Source: Pseudobdellovibrionaceae bacterium (GTDB lineage Bacteria; Bdellovibrionota; Bdellovibrionia; Bdellovibrionales; Bdellovibrionaceae). From it: a stretch of DNA of 31,088 bases. The stretch spans positions 1 to 31,088 of the forward strand of contig JBGGMM010000212.1 of assembly GCA_041288045.1 (NCBI GenBank). The letters run 5' to 3'. Positions 16,230 to 26,655 of the stretch are shown one piece after another. A program made the translations under genes and the position numbers. The stretch's first letter is position 1, and each line of letters starts with the position of its first letter. The notes under the pieces were generated by a model. That model was not told where the DNA came from. It made no database searches and was given only the letters and a program-made list of their open reading frames with translations.

Positions 16230-17129
16230 CTATGACAGTTTAAAATTAAAAATATTCTGATCAAAAGTGCTGTAGCGTTCGTAATCGGTGAGCTCATAGA
16301 GCTCTTTTCGATGCTGCATTTTATCCAAAATGCCTTCTTGGTTGCCCTCTTTCAGGATGTGTTTCAATCCCTCTTCTTGGGCTTTCATCGCCAATCGCAA
16401 AGTGGTTACCGGCCAAATCACGATATTGAAACCAAGGCCCTCAAGCTGTTTGATCGAAAGCAATTTGGATTTTCCAAATTCAGTCATATTCGCCAAAAGC
16501 GGGGCTTTCACAGCTTTGCGAAAAGCCTCGAATTCTTTTTCATCCTGCAAAGCCTCAGTGAAAATCACATCAGCGCCTGCGTCGACATAGGCTTTGGCAC
16601 GCTCGATGGCTTTTTCAAGCCCTTCGCTGGCCCGAGCGTCGGTCCGAGCAATGATCACAAAATTGGGATCCAGCTTTCGCGACATATCCGCCGCTTTGAT
16701 TTTTTGCAGCATATCTCCAGTTGAAACCAAAGATTTTCCATCGAGGTGTCCGCAGCGTTTGGGATTTTCCTGATCTTCCAAATGGCAACCAGAAAGACCA
16801 AGCTCGATGAATTCTTGAATGGTGCGTGCCGCATTCAGAGCGACGCCAAATCCAGTGTCGGCATCAATGATCGAAGGCAGCTTCGTGACCCGCGCAATTT
16901 GACGACCTCGCTGAGAGACTTCGCTCAAAGTTGTCAGTCCCACATCCGGATAGCCGAGATCATTCGAAAGCACGGAGCCCGAAATGTAAACGCCTTCAAA
17001 TCCCAATTTTTCAATCTGCATGGCGGAAAGTGGAGAGAAAGCGCCGGGAAACTTAAGCAGCTTCCCGGATTTCAATCCTTCACGAAATTTTTTTCTTTTA
17101 TCAGCCGGCTGGCTTTCGTTAAAAAGCAT
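16230..17129 (-). CDS. prpB: Methylisocitrate lyase
   Basis: DADTGFG, HLEDQENPKRCGH, IARTDA, LANMTEFGKS. Confidence 0.96.
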   Translation of the reverse strand: MLFNESQPADKRKKFREGLKSGKLLKFPGAFSPLSAMQIEKLGFEGVYISGSVLSNDLGYPDVGLTTLSEVSQRGRQIARVTKLPSIIDADTGFGVALNAARTIQEFIELGLSGCHLEDQENPKRCGHLDGKSLVSTGDMLQKIKAADMSRKLDPNFVIIARTDARASEGLEKAIERAKAYVDAGADVIFTEALQDEKEFEAFRKAVKAPLLANMTEFGKSKLLSIKQLEGLGFNIVIWPVTTLRLAMKAQEEGLKHILKEGNQEGILDKMQHRKELYELTDYERYSTFDQNIFNFKLS

Positions 17130-17132
17130 GAT

Positions 17133-18641
17133 TTAAAAAATCCCTTTTGTGTCACGTTTGTTGTTGGTTAATTTTTCCAGCGGAATCTGCACGTTCAGTT
17201 CTTGAACTTGCGCAGCTGTGAGTTCCAAAAGATTTTCGCTCAAAGTAATGAAGCGGTTTCTTTCGTCCTTGCTGATAATTCCTTCAGTCAGCTCATCAAA
17301 TTTGCGAACATAATCTTTGCGCACAAATGGTTTCGCACCAGCTGGGTGGGCATTGGCCACACCGAGCTCGTCCACTAATTTTTCTCCGTTGTTGAAAATG
17401 ATTTCAACTTGACCGCCGAAGCGTTTTTTATTTGGATCCTGATCGTGGTACCATTGGGTCCACTGAGAATCTTCCACAGTGCGAATTTTCTGCCACAGTT
17501 TGACAGTGTCAGGACGTTGAGCCCGCTCAGGAGCGTAAGAATTCACATGGTGCCAACGGCCGTCTTGGAGAGCCACTGCGAAAATGTACATGATCGAGTG
17601 ATCCAAAGTTTCACGCGAAGCTTTGGGATCCATTTTTTGAGGATCGCCAGCTCCAGTTCCAATCACATAATGAGTGTGATGAGACGTGTGAATGACGATT
17701 TCTTTGATATCGTCAAAATTGGTTATTTTTTGTTTCATTCGAGCTGCCAAATCAATCAAAGCCTGCGACTGGTATTCAGCCGAGTGCTCTTTGGTGTATG
17801 TTTCAAGAATGGCGCGCTTGTCTTCGCCCACTTCGGGAAGTGGTACTTCATATTTGCCGTCTTTTCCATCCAGCATATAAGAAATCACAGAATCTTCACC
17901 TTCATAGATCGGTGAAGGAGCTCCTTCGCCGCGCATGCAACGATCCACAGCTTCAATGGCCAATTTTGCCGCATGCGCTGGAGCATAAGCTTTCCAAGAA
18001 GAGATTTCACCTTTACGAGACTGACGAGTGGTGAAAGAAACATGCACTGCTTGTTGAACCGCTTGAAAAATCGTCTCTGTCGGAAGACCAAGCAAAGTTC
18101 CAATTCCAGCGGCTTGGGCTGGGCAAAGATGAGCAATGTGATCTTTCTTGTGTTTGTGCAAGCAAATGGCTTTCACCAAATCCACATGCACTTCATAGCC
18201 AGTGACAATCCCTTTCAGAAGATCTTTGCCGGATTTTCCCATTTGCTGAGCCACTGCCAAAATCGGTGGGATATTATCGCCTGGATGAGAGTAATCAGCT
18301 GCCAAAAAAGTATCATGAAAATCCAATTCACGAACGGCTGTGCCGTTAGCCCAAGCGGCCCACTCGGCATCAAATTTTTGTGAGTTCGGCATTCCAAACA
18401 CAGTGGCCCCCTGAGTGCGTGGGTGAGCCAGCGCCATGGAACGGGCCGAAGCCACAGGTCGGCGATTGGCAGAGGCAATGGCCACCGAAGCATTGTCGAT
18501 GATCCGATTGATCACCATGTCAGTGACATCAGCTTTGATGGGAGCATTGTCAGAAGCAATTTCTGCAATTTTCCACGCCAGTTGATTTTCGCGAGCCAGT
18601 TTTTCTTTCGAGGGATAAACACGAACAAGATGTTTTCGCAT
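17133..18641 (-). CDS. prpD: 2-methylcitrate dehydratase (MmgE/PrpD family)
   Basis: [47 protein letters not shown]. Confidence 0.93.
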   Translation of the reverse strand: MRKHLVRVYPSKEKLARENQLAWKIAEIASDNAPIKADVTDMVINRIIDNASVAIASANRRPVASARSMALAHPRTQGATVFGMPNSQKFDAEWAAWANGTAVRELDFHDTFLAADYSHPGDNIPPILAVAQQMGKSGKDLLKGIVTGYEVHVDLVKAICLHKHKKDHIAHLCPAQAAGIGTLLGLPTETIFQAVQQAVHVSFTTRQSRKGEISSWKAYAPAHAAKLAIEAVDRCMRGEGAPSPIYEGEDSVISYMLDGKDGKYEVPLPEVGEDKRAILETYTKEHSAEYQSQALIDLAARMKQKITNFDDIKEIVIHTSHHTHYVIGTGAGDPQKMDPKASRETLDHSIMYIFAVALQDGRWHHVNSYAPERAQRPDTVKLWQKIRTVEDSQWTQWYHDQDPNKKRFGGQVEIIFNNGEKLVDELGVANAHPAGAKPFVRKDYVRKFDELTEGIISKDERNRFITLSENLLELTAAQVQELNVQIPLEKLTNNKRDTKGIF

Positions 18642-18710
18642 GAGAATGTCCTTTGGTTTTGAACCAAAGAAGCTAGCACAGGTCTCAACAAGGGAGGAAA
18701 CCTTTGCAAT

Positions 18711-18730
18711 CGCGTTATGACAATAACGCG
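18711..18730. promoter_or_regulatory. Palindrome between the Omp85 gene and prpD (operator or terminator-like hairpin)
   Basis: CGCGTTAT-GACA-ATAACGCG has perfect 8-bp arms and no U-tract on the minus strand. Confidence 0.45.
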
Positions 18731-18734
18731 GATT

Positions 18735-21533
18735 TTAGAAAGTGCCGATGCTAAAATAGATGGGCCACTGGGATTCGTTGCGCTCTTCTTTGAGATCCAA
18801 TTTGTATCCCAGATCCAGAGACACTGGTCCGAGTGGTGTTGCATAGCGTAGACCAATGCCGACCGCATCTCGGTAGGGATCAGAAAAGCCCAGAGATTCA
18901 ACAAAGACAGCTCCACCATCGTAAAAGGCGGCGGCTCCCACGGGGCCAAAAAGTGGGAATCGAATTTCAGATTTGAGCAAGTACATGCTGGCCGATGTCG
19001 TCAATGGGTAATCGCGGGTCGTTTTATCTTTATCTGCCGGATCTGGAAAGAACTCGTGCTCATTTGGAAAAGCTTCATCCGGTTGAAAGCCTCGGATCGT
19101 GGTTTGTCCCCCCAAAGTAAATCCTTTGAGATCGTAAGGAACCCCGCCCTCACGACTGTAATTGCGGATGTAACCACCCCTCAGAGAGTTGGCCCAGACC
19201 CAACCGGCACGACGCAAAGAATGATAGTGAGTGAAGTTTCCGTAAGTGCGAATATAGTCCACTTCTCTTGAGCTTCCGAGTCGGGGTGAACTGTACTCTA
19301 AATTGACCCTTGTGAAAGATCCCTTGGTCGGATTGAAAGGGTGATCCCGGTAATCAAAATCAACCGTTGGTCCGGTGGAAACAATGACGACCTCGGTTCT
19401 TTCGATTTTCTCGTTGTCTTCATCGAGAGGGAAAGTTCGGATCTGCGAAGAGTTCCAAAGGTCATAGGAAGTGATTAAATTGGAAGTCACTGCTTGTTCC
19501 AAAGTGTAAGAGATCTGTTTGAGTTGAGTTCCCTGTCGAGCTTCATAATTCGAAACGTATTCCGCCAAAGTGTAATTGATTCGACCTTTCACTCGAGTAT
19601 CGAACAAGTAAGGTTCCAAATAGCCAAGCGTGACTTTCCGCTCGAGAAATTTCACTTTGTCGATGTTGTAATTTCCCTCTGCCCGAGCAGAGGCACCGCG
19701 GCCGGTTCCTAAAATATTTCGGTAAGCGATTCCGATATAACCGCGGACAGTGATTCCAAGCTCACTGTTGACCCCGGCTCCCATTGTGAACAGACCCGGA
19801 TCCCGGTCGAGCACTCGAATGACCACAGTTCGCTGTTGAATCTGGGTTTTTTCTTCTAAAGTTTTAATGCTGACAGAATTGAAATGTCCCAATCTTTGCA
19901 AACGACGAGTGGATTCTTCGATCAAGTGAGGAGTGAGAACATCTCCTTCTTTAAATTCCAATTCTTTCAAAATCACCGAATCCTTAGTGATGGAATTTCC
20001 TTCAATTAAAATAGAGGCAACTTGAATTTTGGGGCCTTCGTTGATTTTAAAGTGCACGGAAGCCTGCGTGCTATCCGAATTGTAGCGAACCAAATCCTCG
20101 CGCTCGTTAGTCAAGCGCATTTCGAGGAATCCTGAATTTTGATAAAATTCTTTGAGCTTGCCGATTCCTTCTTCGAGTTTGTTCAAACGCAAGGGTTCAT
20201 TGGCTTGAAAGCCTAACAACTTCGCCAACTGCTCAGAAGAAATGGAATTGTTGCCTTCAAAACTCAAATCTTGAAGCAAAGTGCGAGGTCCTTCATCCAG
20301 ATTGACTGTGATGACGATTTCATCTTTTTTCTCACCCGTGTAAGTGGTTTTGGTGCTGATGACTTTGGCTCGCAAGTAGCCTTGATTTTGCCGGTCAATC
20401 ACGAGGTTTTTCAAGCCAGTTTCAAAATCTTCGCGATTGTAATAGCCATCTTGAATCAACTCAGAAGAATGATCCTTCAGGAATTCAACGTAATATTTTT
20501 CAGGAGCTGCCTGGACACCGATGAGCTGGATGTCTTTGATTTTAACGAGAGGACCTTCTTTCACGTTCAAGATCACAGCTTTTTGATAAGCTTGCCTCAT
20601 TGTGGCCTCTTCTCCAGAGACTTCGACGCGAGCAAAGCCTTCTTTGAGATAATAATTTTTCAGCCGAGTCGCCAGTTCGGGTCCGATATTTGGATTCGGA
20701 GAATAGAACTGATCCAGTTCCAAAGCATCTTTCAAAGTGCCTAGCCCCTTGCGGGTCACTCCCTTAAACTCAATGAAATACTGATCCGTGTTGGCAACAG
20801 AAAAGGAAAGGTCCGCTCTGGATTCGTCGCTATTGAAATTGACTTGTGGCCCGACGAGCTCTGCTTTCAAATAGCCCTTTTTGCTGAAGCGTTCGCGAGC
20901 GTCTTTTCGCAGATTATTGAGGATCTGATCGTTCAAGGGTTCATCTTCCAGTTTGTTGATCAGAAATCTTTCGAACTGCTGACGGAACTCCGGATTGGCG
21001 GCTTTCAGTTCAATGTTTCGAATTCGAGATTGAGGACCCTCTTTGATTTTCATTGTGACGTTGACTTCGGTGGGCGACATTCTTGCAAATTCAAGGTCGA
21101 TCACAGTGTTTCGAAAACCTCGCTCCATATACATTCGACGGATTCGATCGCCAGCTTCAATCAGTGTTTGCTGGTCAAAAACTGCTTTTTCGGCCACGCC
21201 AAGTTCAGTGCGAAGGTCGCTTTCAGAAAAATAATGAGCGCCTTGAATGCTAAGGCTTGAAATCCTTCGGGTTCGGCCGACATTCAAATGGTAAACTTCG
21301 CTGGCGCCTTTCATTTCAAGATTCATCTGCACAGTTTCGTATTGCTCTTGAAGGACCAAAAGGCGAATGAGTTGATCCAAGTCGGCTTTGCTGGGATTAC
21401 CTGATTTCAAAAATGGAAACTGCTTTTTCAGCTCGTCTTGAAGTTGCGGCGAAAGGGCAGAGATGTCGACCTGGCGGTTCTGGGCAGCTGCGATGGATGA
21501 GACAAAGAGCATCACGCAAAAAAGAATTCTCAT
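18735..21533 (-). CDS. Omp85 family (BamA/TamA-like) outer-membrane assembly protein with multiple POTRA domains
   Basis: Signal peptide; repeated POTRA boundaries (IKEGP, VKEGP, LDEGP, INEGP); barrel with GGQTTIRGF, GIGLRYATPLGPVSLD, terminal FSIGTF. ATGA-coupled to tamB. Confidence 0.92.
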   Translation of the reverse strand: MRILFCVMLFVSSIAAAQNRQVDISALSPQLQDELKKQFPFLKSGNPSKADLDQLIRLLVLQEQYETVQMNLEMKGASEVYHLNVGRTRRISSLSIQGAHYFSESDLRTELGVAEKAVFDQQTLIEAGDRIRRMYMERGFRNTVIDLEFARMSPTEVNVTMKIKEGPQSRIRNIELKAANPEFRQQFERFLINKLEDEPLNDQILNNLRKDARERFSKKGYLKAELVGPQVNFNSDESRADLSFSVANTDQYFIEFKGVTRKGLGTLKDALELDQFYSPNPNIGPELATRLKNYYLKEGFARVEVSGEEATMRQAYQKAVILNVKEGPLVKIKDIQLIGVQAAPEKYYVEFLKDHSSELIQDGYYNREDFETGLKNLVIDRQNQGYLRAKVISTKTTYTGEKKDEIVITVNLDEGPRTLLQDLSFEGNNSISSEQLAKLLGFQANEPLRLNKLEEGIGKLKEFYQNSGFLEMRLTNEREDLVRYNSDSTQASVHFKINEGPKIQVASILIEGNSITKDSVILKELEFKEGDVLTPHLIEESTRRLQRLGHFNSVSIKTLEEKTQIQQRTVVIRVLDRDPGLFTMGAGVNSELGITVRGYIGIAYRNILGTGRGASARAEGNYNIDKVKFLERKVTLGYLEPYLFDTRVKGRINYTLAEYVSNYEARQGTQLKQISYTLEQAVTSNLITSYDLWNSSQIRTFPLDEDNEKIERTEVVIVSTGPTVDFDYRDHPFNPTKGSFTRVNLEYSSPRLGSSREVDYIRTYGNFTHYHSLRRAGWVWANSLRGGYIRNYSREGGVPYDLKGFTLGGQTTIRGFQPDEAFPNEHEFFPDPADKDKTTRDYPLTTSASMYLLKSEIRFPLFGPVGAAAFYDGGAVFVESLGFSDPYRDAVGIGLRYATPLGPVSLDLGYKLDLKEERNESQWPIYFSIGTF

Positions 21534-24500
21534 TTGAACTCCTTTTTCAGCTCCAGATCGATGCCGAGAATACTTTGGTCTTCATTGTTTGTGGTGGTGA
21601 TACCGCCCGAGTTGTTATTGGTGTTGTATTTCCGGTCTTCAAAACGCCCGACTGCTGAAAGGCTTTCAGTGAAATTGTAATGAAGAGTGTACTCTTGCGA
21701 GGAAAGAGAACCCGAAGTCTGAGTGGCAGCAGCGCGGACTTTATCCGAAAGTTTTTTTGACAAAGTCACTCTTTGCACAGAAACGTTGCGAGTGTCATCA
21801 TAGGTCGACGAAACTTGGATTTCGACACCGGTGGATTTTTGAATTTGCTTAATCAAACCGATTTGAGTGAAGGCGCTGGCGGCAATGGCCTGGACAGCTT
21901 TGTCTTTGGCTTCATTTCCGGCCTGCACCTGTCGCTCTAAAGACTGACTGGTCACACCAAGAGCAATCAAGGAAATGATGTCCTGATCACTCAGCGGAGG
22001 AACGCTGGAAAGCCTGACCACTGGATCTTTTGCTCGGCCTTGAATGACCATGTTGATGTCGTATTCAGTGATCCGCGACCTGGCAGTGAGATAAATCTCT
22101 GGATTGATTTCATCTTCCGAAGTAAATCTGACAGTGGCACTTTGCACTTCAAAAATCTTATCACGGAAAATGGCCTTGGTTGACTTTCCGGCGACCAGCT
22201 GTCCGCCCAGAATGGGATTGGCCGGGGCCCCTCGCACGATGACATTGCCACTGACTGTGCCATCGACCATAGAGTTTTTAATCTGTAGAGGCTCTTCGAG
22301 AATGATATTGATATCCAAAATCACAGGTTCAAAGGCGCTTCGCAAAATCATTTTCGGAAGATAAGAGCTCTGTTTCAGATTGTTGCCAGAGACTTCGTCG
22401 GCCAGTTCCTTGTCGACGAATCCGCCGCGAACATAATAAGTGCCCGAAAGTTTAAACGGAAACCAAGTTCCAGAGAAAACCAGGTCCGCGTCTCCTGTCG
22501 TGCGGACTCGATCGGGGACATTCAAATTGACGTTTTGCAGTCGAGCTTTCACTGAAGTGGGAAGGTTCTGAGGTCCGGCGATGATCACTGAACCGTCGCC
22601 ATCAAAAGTTCCGCCGGCGAGAGTTCCGCGAAAAGCATTGATGAGAATTTTTGATTGTGAAAACTGCACATCCGCCTGAGTCTTTTCAAAAGGATGGGGA
22701 AATCCCTTCAATTTGGCAAATGCATTTCGGACATTGGCATTGCCGAGGACTTCAGGTTTTAACAGGGGCCCTGAGACATCGGCAGCAATTGTAGCTTCGC
22801 CAGCGAGCTCCTCGAGAAAGGGAACAAAGATCTGAAACAATCTCAATTGGGCTTGTCCTTCGATGCGAAGATTCAATTCCTCATGGGAAATACGTCGGCC
22901 TTTGACTTCGAAATAAGTTTGATCTCCCTGAATTTTAAAATTTGTCAGCGAGGCGATTCCGTTGGTCATGCTGATTTCCATGGGCTGGGGATTTCGCAAA
23001 CTGAGGCTTCCACGTTGCAAAAGTAAGCTGTCGATTTTTCCAGTGCCCGAAGCCATCCAAGGCCCGCCCCGATCCGATGCCAGCTTCAGGTTGCCTGTGA
23101 GAGAAGCGCGGTATTCGCTGAGCAGCGAGCCGCCGCCCACCAGCGTGAACAGAGTCGTGTAATTCCAATCTTTGGCAATGAGACTGAGCTGAAAGGGAGC
23201 GTTTTCGGTCAATGGAAACTGAAACTGCCCCTGAAGCTGTCCGCCAAAGAGATTGGTTTTTCCCAACACGGATTGTCTGTCAAATTCTAAATCGAAAGTG
23301 GATTCTGCGAACTCCTGCTCTTCGATGACGAGCTGGTTGAGCTGACCCTGAATTTGAATATCCGGTTTGAGGATAAAACCTTTGAGTTTGGTCTGGACAT
23401 CCAGAATCCCAGAGATTTGAGTCCCCAGTTTTGAAATGTTTTCGGATTGTTCGATTGGCAGGCCTTTGCCTTCAACTAGGATGTCAATATCGCCATTGGG
23501 ATGTGAAATTCCAGAGGCTTTGATTTCGTGTTTGTTTTTGACAATCAAGGCTTTTTGGATTTTCATTTCGCCAGCATCAGAATGCAAATCCACTTCCAAT
23601 TTATCGAAAGTCTCACCAATCACGTCGCCGCGAGCAATGGACGCATTCAAATCATAAGAGAGCTTCCCCAATTCAAATGGCCCTTCGACTTTGAAGGTGG
23701 CGGTTCCTGTTCCGCCAACCGCAAAAGGAAACTGAAAAATTCGCTGCAGAATGCTCATCAGTTCATTCACTTCAAATTTGCTGATCTGTCCCGCAGTTTG
23801 CAAACGCTTTTTACCCAGATCGATGTCGAGATCCAATTTGTAATCTGTTTGGGGAAAGTGAGCTTCGACATTTTGGAAAAGCAAAAACCCTTTTTGATAG
23901 GAGAGATTGCCGCTCGGCGCTCCTAAAAAGAAATTTTCAAAAAACAGGTCCTGGGTTTTTAACTTCATTGTGAAGGTGGCTGCATGCGAATCACCTTGAG
24001 TGGACCCAAGAACTTCGCTGGCACCTTCGATTTTCAGTCCGGCCAGGCGGCGAATGTTTTTGAAATGAAAAAGAGGAGAAGAATAATTGATCTTAAAGCC
24101 GCTTTTGTAGTTGATGACTCCGTCTGAAGCTCCGCGGTCTTCGGCGACTTTCAATGCGGCTTTGTATTTGATTTCCTGATTGGAAATGCTGAAATCTCCA
24201 TCAGCTTCGAATTCGTCAATCTGCACGATCGTGTTACCCACTCCTTCGCCAGTGCGCACTTCCAGCTGTTCCCCCTTGGCTTTTCCGACGCAGCCAAGTT
24301 GAGTTTCAGGATAGACGGGACCCTGGCATTGAAAATTGGCTCCAATGAAAATTTCCAGGGGCAGATCGCCAATCCCCAGTCGGGCCAAAAGCTCATGCAA
24401 ATCAATTTGCTCAGATGTTAAGTTGGCCTTTAAAGTGATGTTTTTTTCTGGTCCGCTTCTACTGAAATCAATTTCCAGATCTTTGATGTCGGCCAGCCCA

Positions 24501-25501
24501 GCTTCATTGGTCAGCTCAACGGACGGAATGACAAGTCGATCATTTTCCATTTTTCCTTGAAATTGGAGATTGCCAATGTCGAATTGATTGACTTTCAACT
24601 GCTGACCGGAAAATTTAAAGCCAGCGTCGATTTTCCCCCCGCCTTTCAATTCCATTCGGCCAGAAGAATTGATTTTTCCCAAGATGCTGGGAAGTTCAAA
24701 CAAATTGCGCGAGGTCTGAACCACGCTTTCAAGTTCAGAGAAAATTTCAAACTCCAATGTGCCTTTGGGATCTGTCATCAATTTTGGCAAATCCACCAAA
24801 GAGCCTTTGGCGGTGAGCAAAGAGTTCATGACTCCCAATTTCAGGTTGTAGACGTCCAAAGTGTTGGGATTCAGGGCAGCTTCACCTTGCAGGCGGAAAG
24901 GCACTTGGCCGCTGGAGTCATACTCAAGAACAGAGTCACTGAAGTCAAATTGCAAGCTCAGCCGATCTGTGCCCTTGATCACCAAAAGATCCGAGGCGCC
25001 GAGGTAAATTTTAGTTTTGAATTTTTTTGAGTACAGAGAAATTTCGCTTTCTCTCAGTCCAAGACGAGAAAGCGGAACTCCCTTGATCAGTTCAAAAAAA
25101 GATTTCAATGGCAACTCTTCAGCCTTGGAATCATCACTTTTCAAATATTCATCCAGATCGATCACGGCTTTGGGTTTTTCGATCAACAGGCTTGAAATCG
25201 CCAGTCTTCCCCCGAGCATTGCCAATAAATCCAAGGACGCCGATATTCTTTCGGCCTCGACCGGCGGGAGGTCGAAATTTTTTTTACTGATGCGAATTCC
25301 CTGCAATTGAATTTCTGGAAAAAGCAGTGTCCAGTCGACATTTTGAATTTCAACTTGGACGGGAAGCTTTTCAGAGGAAATGCGATTGATCTGGCTCAGA
25401 AGCCAGCTTTGCATTTTGGGTTTCAAACTAAAATAAACACCGGCGATGGCAGAAAAGGCGATGGCCAGCGGAAGAAGGATCAAGAGCACTCGTTTGCTCA
25501 T
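21530..25501 (-). CDS. tamB: Translocation and assembly module TamB family protein
   Basis: About 1323 aa; N-terminal membrane anchor, long beta-rich body, C-terminal DUF490-like segment (LSSVPPLSDQDIISLIALG). Start ATG 25501 after GGAGG. Confidence 0.85.
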   Translation of the reverse strand: MSKRVLLILLPLAIAFSAIAGVYFSLKPKMQSWLLSQINRISSEKLPVQVEIQNVDWTLLFPEIQLQGIRISKKNFDLPPVEAERISASLDLLAMLGGRLAISSLLIEKPKAVIDLDEYLKSDDSKAEELPLKSFFELIKGVPLSRLGLRESEISLYSKKFKTKIYLGASDLLVIKGTDRLSLQFDFSDSVLEYDSSGQVPFRLQGEAALNPNTLDVYNLKLGVMNSLLTAKGSLVDLPKLMTDPKGTLEFEIFSELESVVQTSRNLFELPSILGKINSSGRMELKGGGKIDAGFKFSGQQLKVNQFDIGNLQFQGKMENDRLVIPSVELTNEAGLADIKDLEIDFSRSGPEKNITLKANLTSEQIDLHELLARLGIGDLPLEIFIGANFQCQGPVYPETQLGCVGKAKGEQLEVRTGEGVGNTIVQIDEFEADGDFSISNQEIKYKAALKVAEDRGASDGVINYKSGFKINYSSPLFHFKNIRRLAGLKIEGASEVLGSTQGDSHAATFTMKLKTQDLFFENFFLGAPSGNLSYQKGFLLFQNVEAHFPQTDYKLDLDIDLGKKRLQTAGQISKFEVNELMSILQRIFQFPFAVGGTGTATFKVEGPFELGKLSYDLNASIARGDVIGETFDKLEVDLHSDAGEMKIQKALIVKNKHEIKASGISHPNGDIDILVEGKGLPIEQSENISKLGTQISGILDVQTKLKGFILKPDIQIQGQLNQLVIEEQEFAESTFDLEFDRQSVLGKTNLFGGQLQGQFQFPLTENAPFQLSLIAKDWNYTTLFTLVGGGSLLSEYRASLTGNLKLASDRGGPWMASGTGKIDSLLLQRGSLSLRNPQPMEISMTNGIASLTNFKIQGDQTYFEVKGRRISHEELNLRIEGQAQLRLFQIFVPFLEELAGEATIAADVSGPLLKPEVLGNANVRNAFAKLKGFPHPFEKTQADVQFSQSKILINAFRGTLAGGTFDGDGSVIIAGPQNLPTSVKARLQNVNLNVPDRVRTTGDADLVFSGTWFPFKLSGTYYVRGGFVDKELADEVSGNNLKQSSYLPKMILRSAFEPVILDINIILEEPLQIKNSMVDGTVSGNVIVRGAPANPILGGQLVAGKSTKAIFRDKIFEVQSATVRFTSEDEINPEIYLTARSRITEYDINMVIQGRAKDPVVRLSSVPPLSDQDIISLIALGVTSQSLERQVQAGNEAKDKAVQAIAASAFTQIGLIKQIQKSTGVEIQVSSTYDDTRNVSVQRVTLSKKLSDKVRAAATQTSGSLSSQEYTLHYNFTESLSAVGRFEDRKYNTNNNSGGITTTNNEDQSILGIDLELKKEFK

Positions 25502-26562
25502 AAAAAGTCCTCCTTCCACTCGCGCAGCAAGGAAGTGGCGGCGCGGTAGGCAGGACGGGCTTCAATCATCCCCTCTAAAATTTCAATTGCCAGCTTTTTC
25601 TGCTCAAGCCCCCAAAGGGCTTGAGCGCGTAAATAATAAACGGCAAAAACAGTTTCAGCGTCTTCCGAGTATTTCGCTTCCAGGACAACCAGCTCATCTA
25701 AAAGTTCAAGAAAGCGCCGACTGCGAAGCAGAACTTCGGCCTTGAGCCAGTCTCTTTCGGGACTCTCTGGAGCTTTTTCAAGCAGTCTGAGAGCTCCTTC
25801 ATCGAAATCCCAGATCATCATCGCCAGAGCGAAATCTGAAGCCAACGACTGAGCGCTTTGCAGAGCTTCATGCATGGACTTTTCAATTTCAAAGAGAATC
25901 TTTTCTTCTTCTGGATCTTTTTTCTCAAACAATGGAAAGAAAATTTCTTTGCGGGGTTTGTCCGGGCGCTTGGCGATGTAGTCTTGGGCTAAACGCTCTC
26001 GGTGCTCCATCTGCAATTGATAGACTTTCATGTCTCCGGGAAAAAGATTGGAAAGCTTTTGCAGGGTTTGATCTTCTTCTTTTCTCAGTCCCTGGGAGCG
26101 AAAGACTTCCAGCTGCGACAGGAGCTCTTTCTTTTTTCGCTCCGCTTTTTCGACGAATTTTTTTCGCCGCAATTGGCGCTGATGAATGAGCTCTTCATCA
26201 AAATGATCCAAAACATGGGATCTTGCCAAATGGCCCATGCGTCGTTTTTCATCGGCACCTTCGATCAGCGCCTTTTTGATTTCATTGGAAACAGTTTCAA
26301 TGGAAAGAAAAATGGCTTCAGCAAAATGTCCCCAAGGAATTTTTGAGCCATCACTCAGTTTGCGAGAAATAAAATCACTCAAGGTGCCGGCGAAACCACA
26401 ATGCAAAAGATAAGTGGACAGCGCTTCGAATTCACTCAGGCTTAATTTTTCTTTTTCATATTTTTTGATCAGCGCATCGGCAGCCAGTTCGGGGCTTTCA
26501 AAATGACCCAGAAAAGCTTGGATTTCCATTTCAATTGAAGTGGCCGAACGCAGTTGTGACAA
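25498..26562 (-). CDS. Hypothetical alpha-helical protein with C-terminal TPR-like repeat(s)
   Basis: 354-aa ORF; VYYLRAQALWGLEQKKLAIEILEGMIEARPAYR is TPR-like; ATGA overlap with tamB. Start uncertain (TTG 26562 or ATG 26529). Confidence 0.7.
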   Translation of the reverse strand: MSQLRSATSIEMEIQAFLGHFESPELAADALIKKYEKEKLSLSEFEALSTYLLHCGFAGTLSDFISRKLSDGSKIPWGHFAEAIFLSIETVSNEIKKALIEGADEKRRMGHLARSHVLDHFDEELIHQRQLRRKKFVEKAERKKKELLSQLEVFRSQGLRKEEDQTLQKLSNLFPGDMKVYQLQMEHRERLAQDYIAKRPDKPRKEIFFPLFEKKDPEEEKILFEIEKSMHEALQSAQSLASDFALAMMIWDFDEGALRLLEKAPESPERDWLKAEVLLRSRRFLELLDELVVLEAKYSEDAETVFAVYYLRAQALWGLEQKKLAIEILEGMIEARPAYRAATSLLREWKEDFL

Positions 26563-26583
26563 AAGGGCTCCCTTGAGCCCTTT
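26562..26583 (-). terminator. Intrinsic terminator-like hairpin downstream of efp
   Basis: The minus strand reads AAAGGGCTC-AAGG-GAGCCCTTTT. Confidence 0.65.
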
Positions 26584-26655
26584 ATTTTAGAATAAATCCT
26601 AATAAATCATGAGACTTAACGCGGCAAATTAGGACTTCGGTAGGATCTCGTTTTT

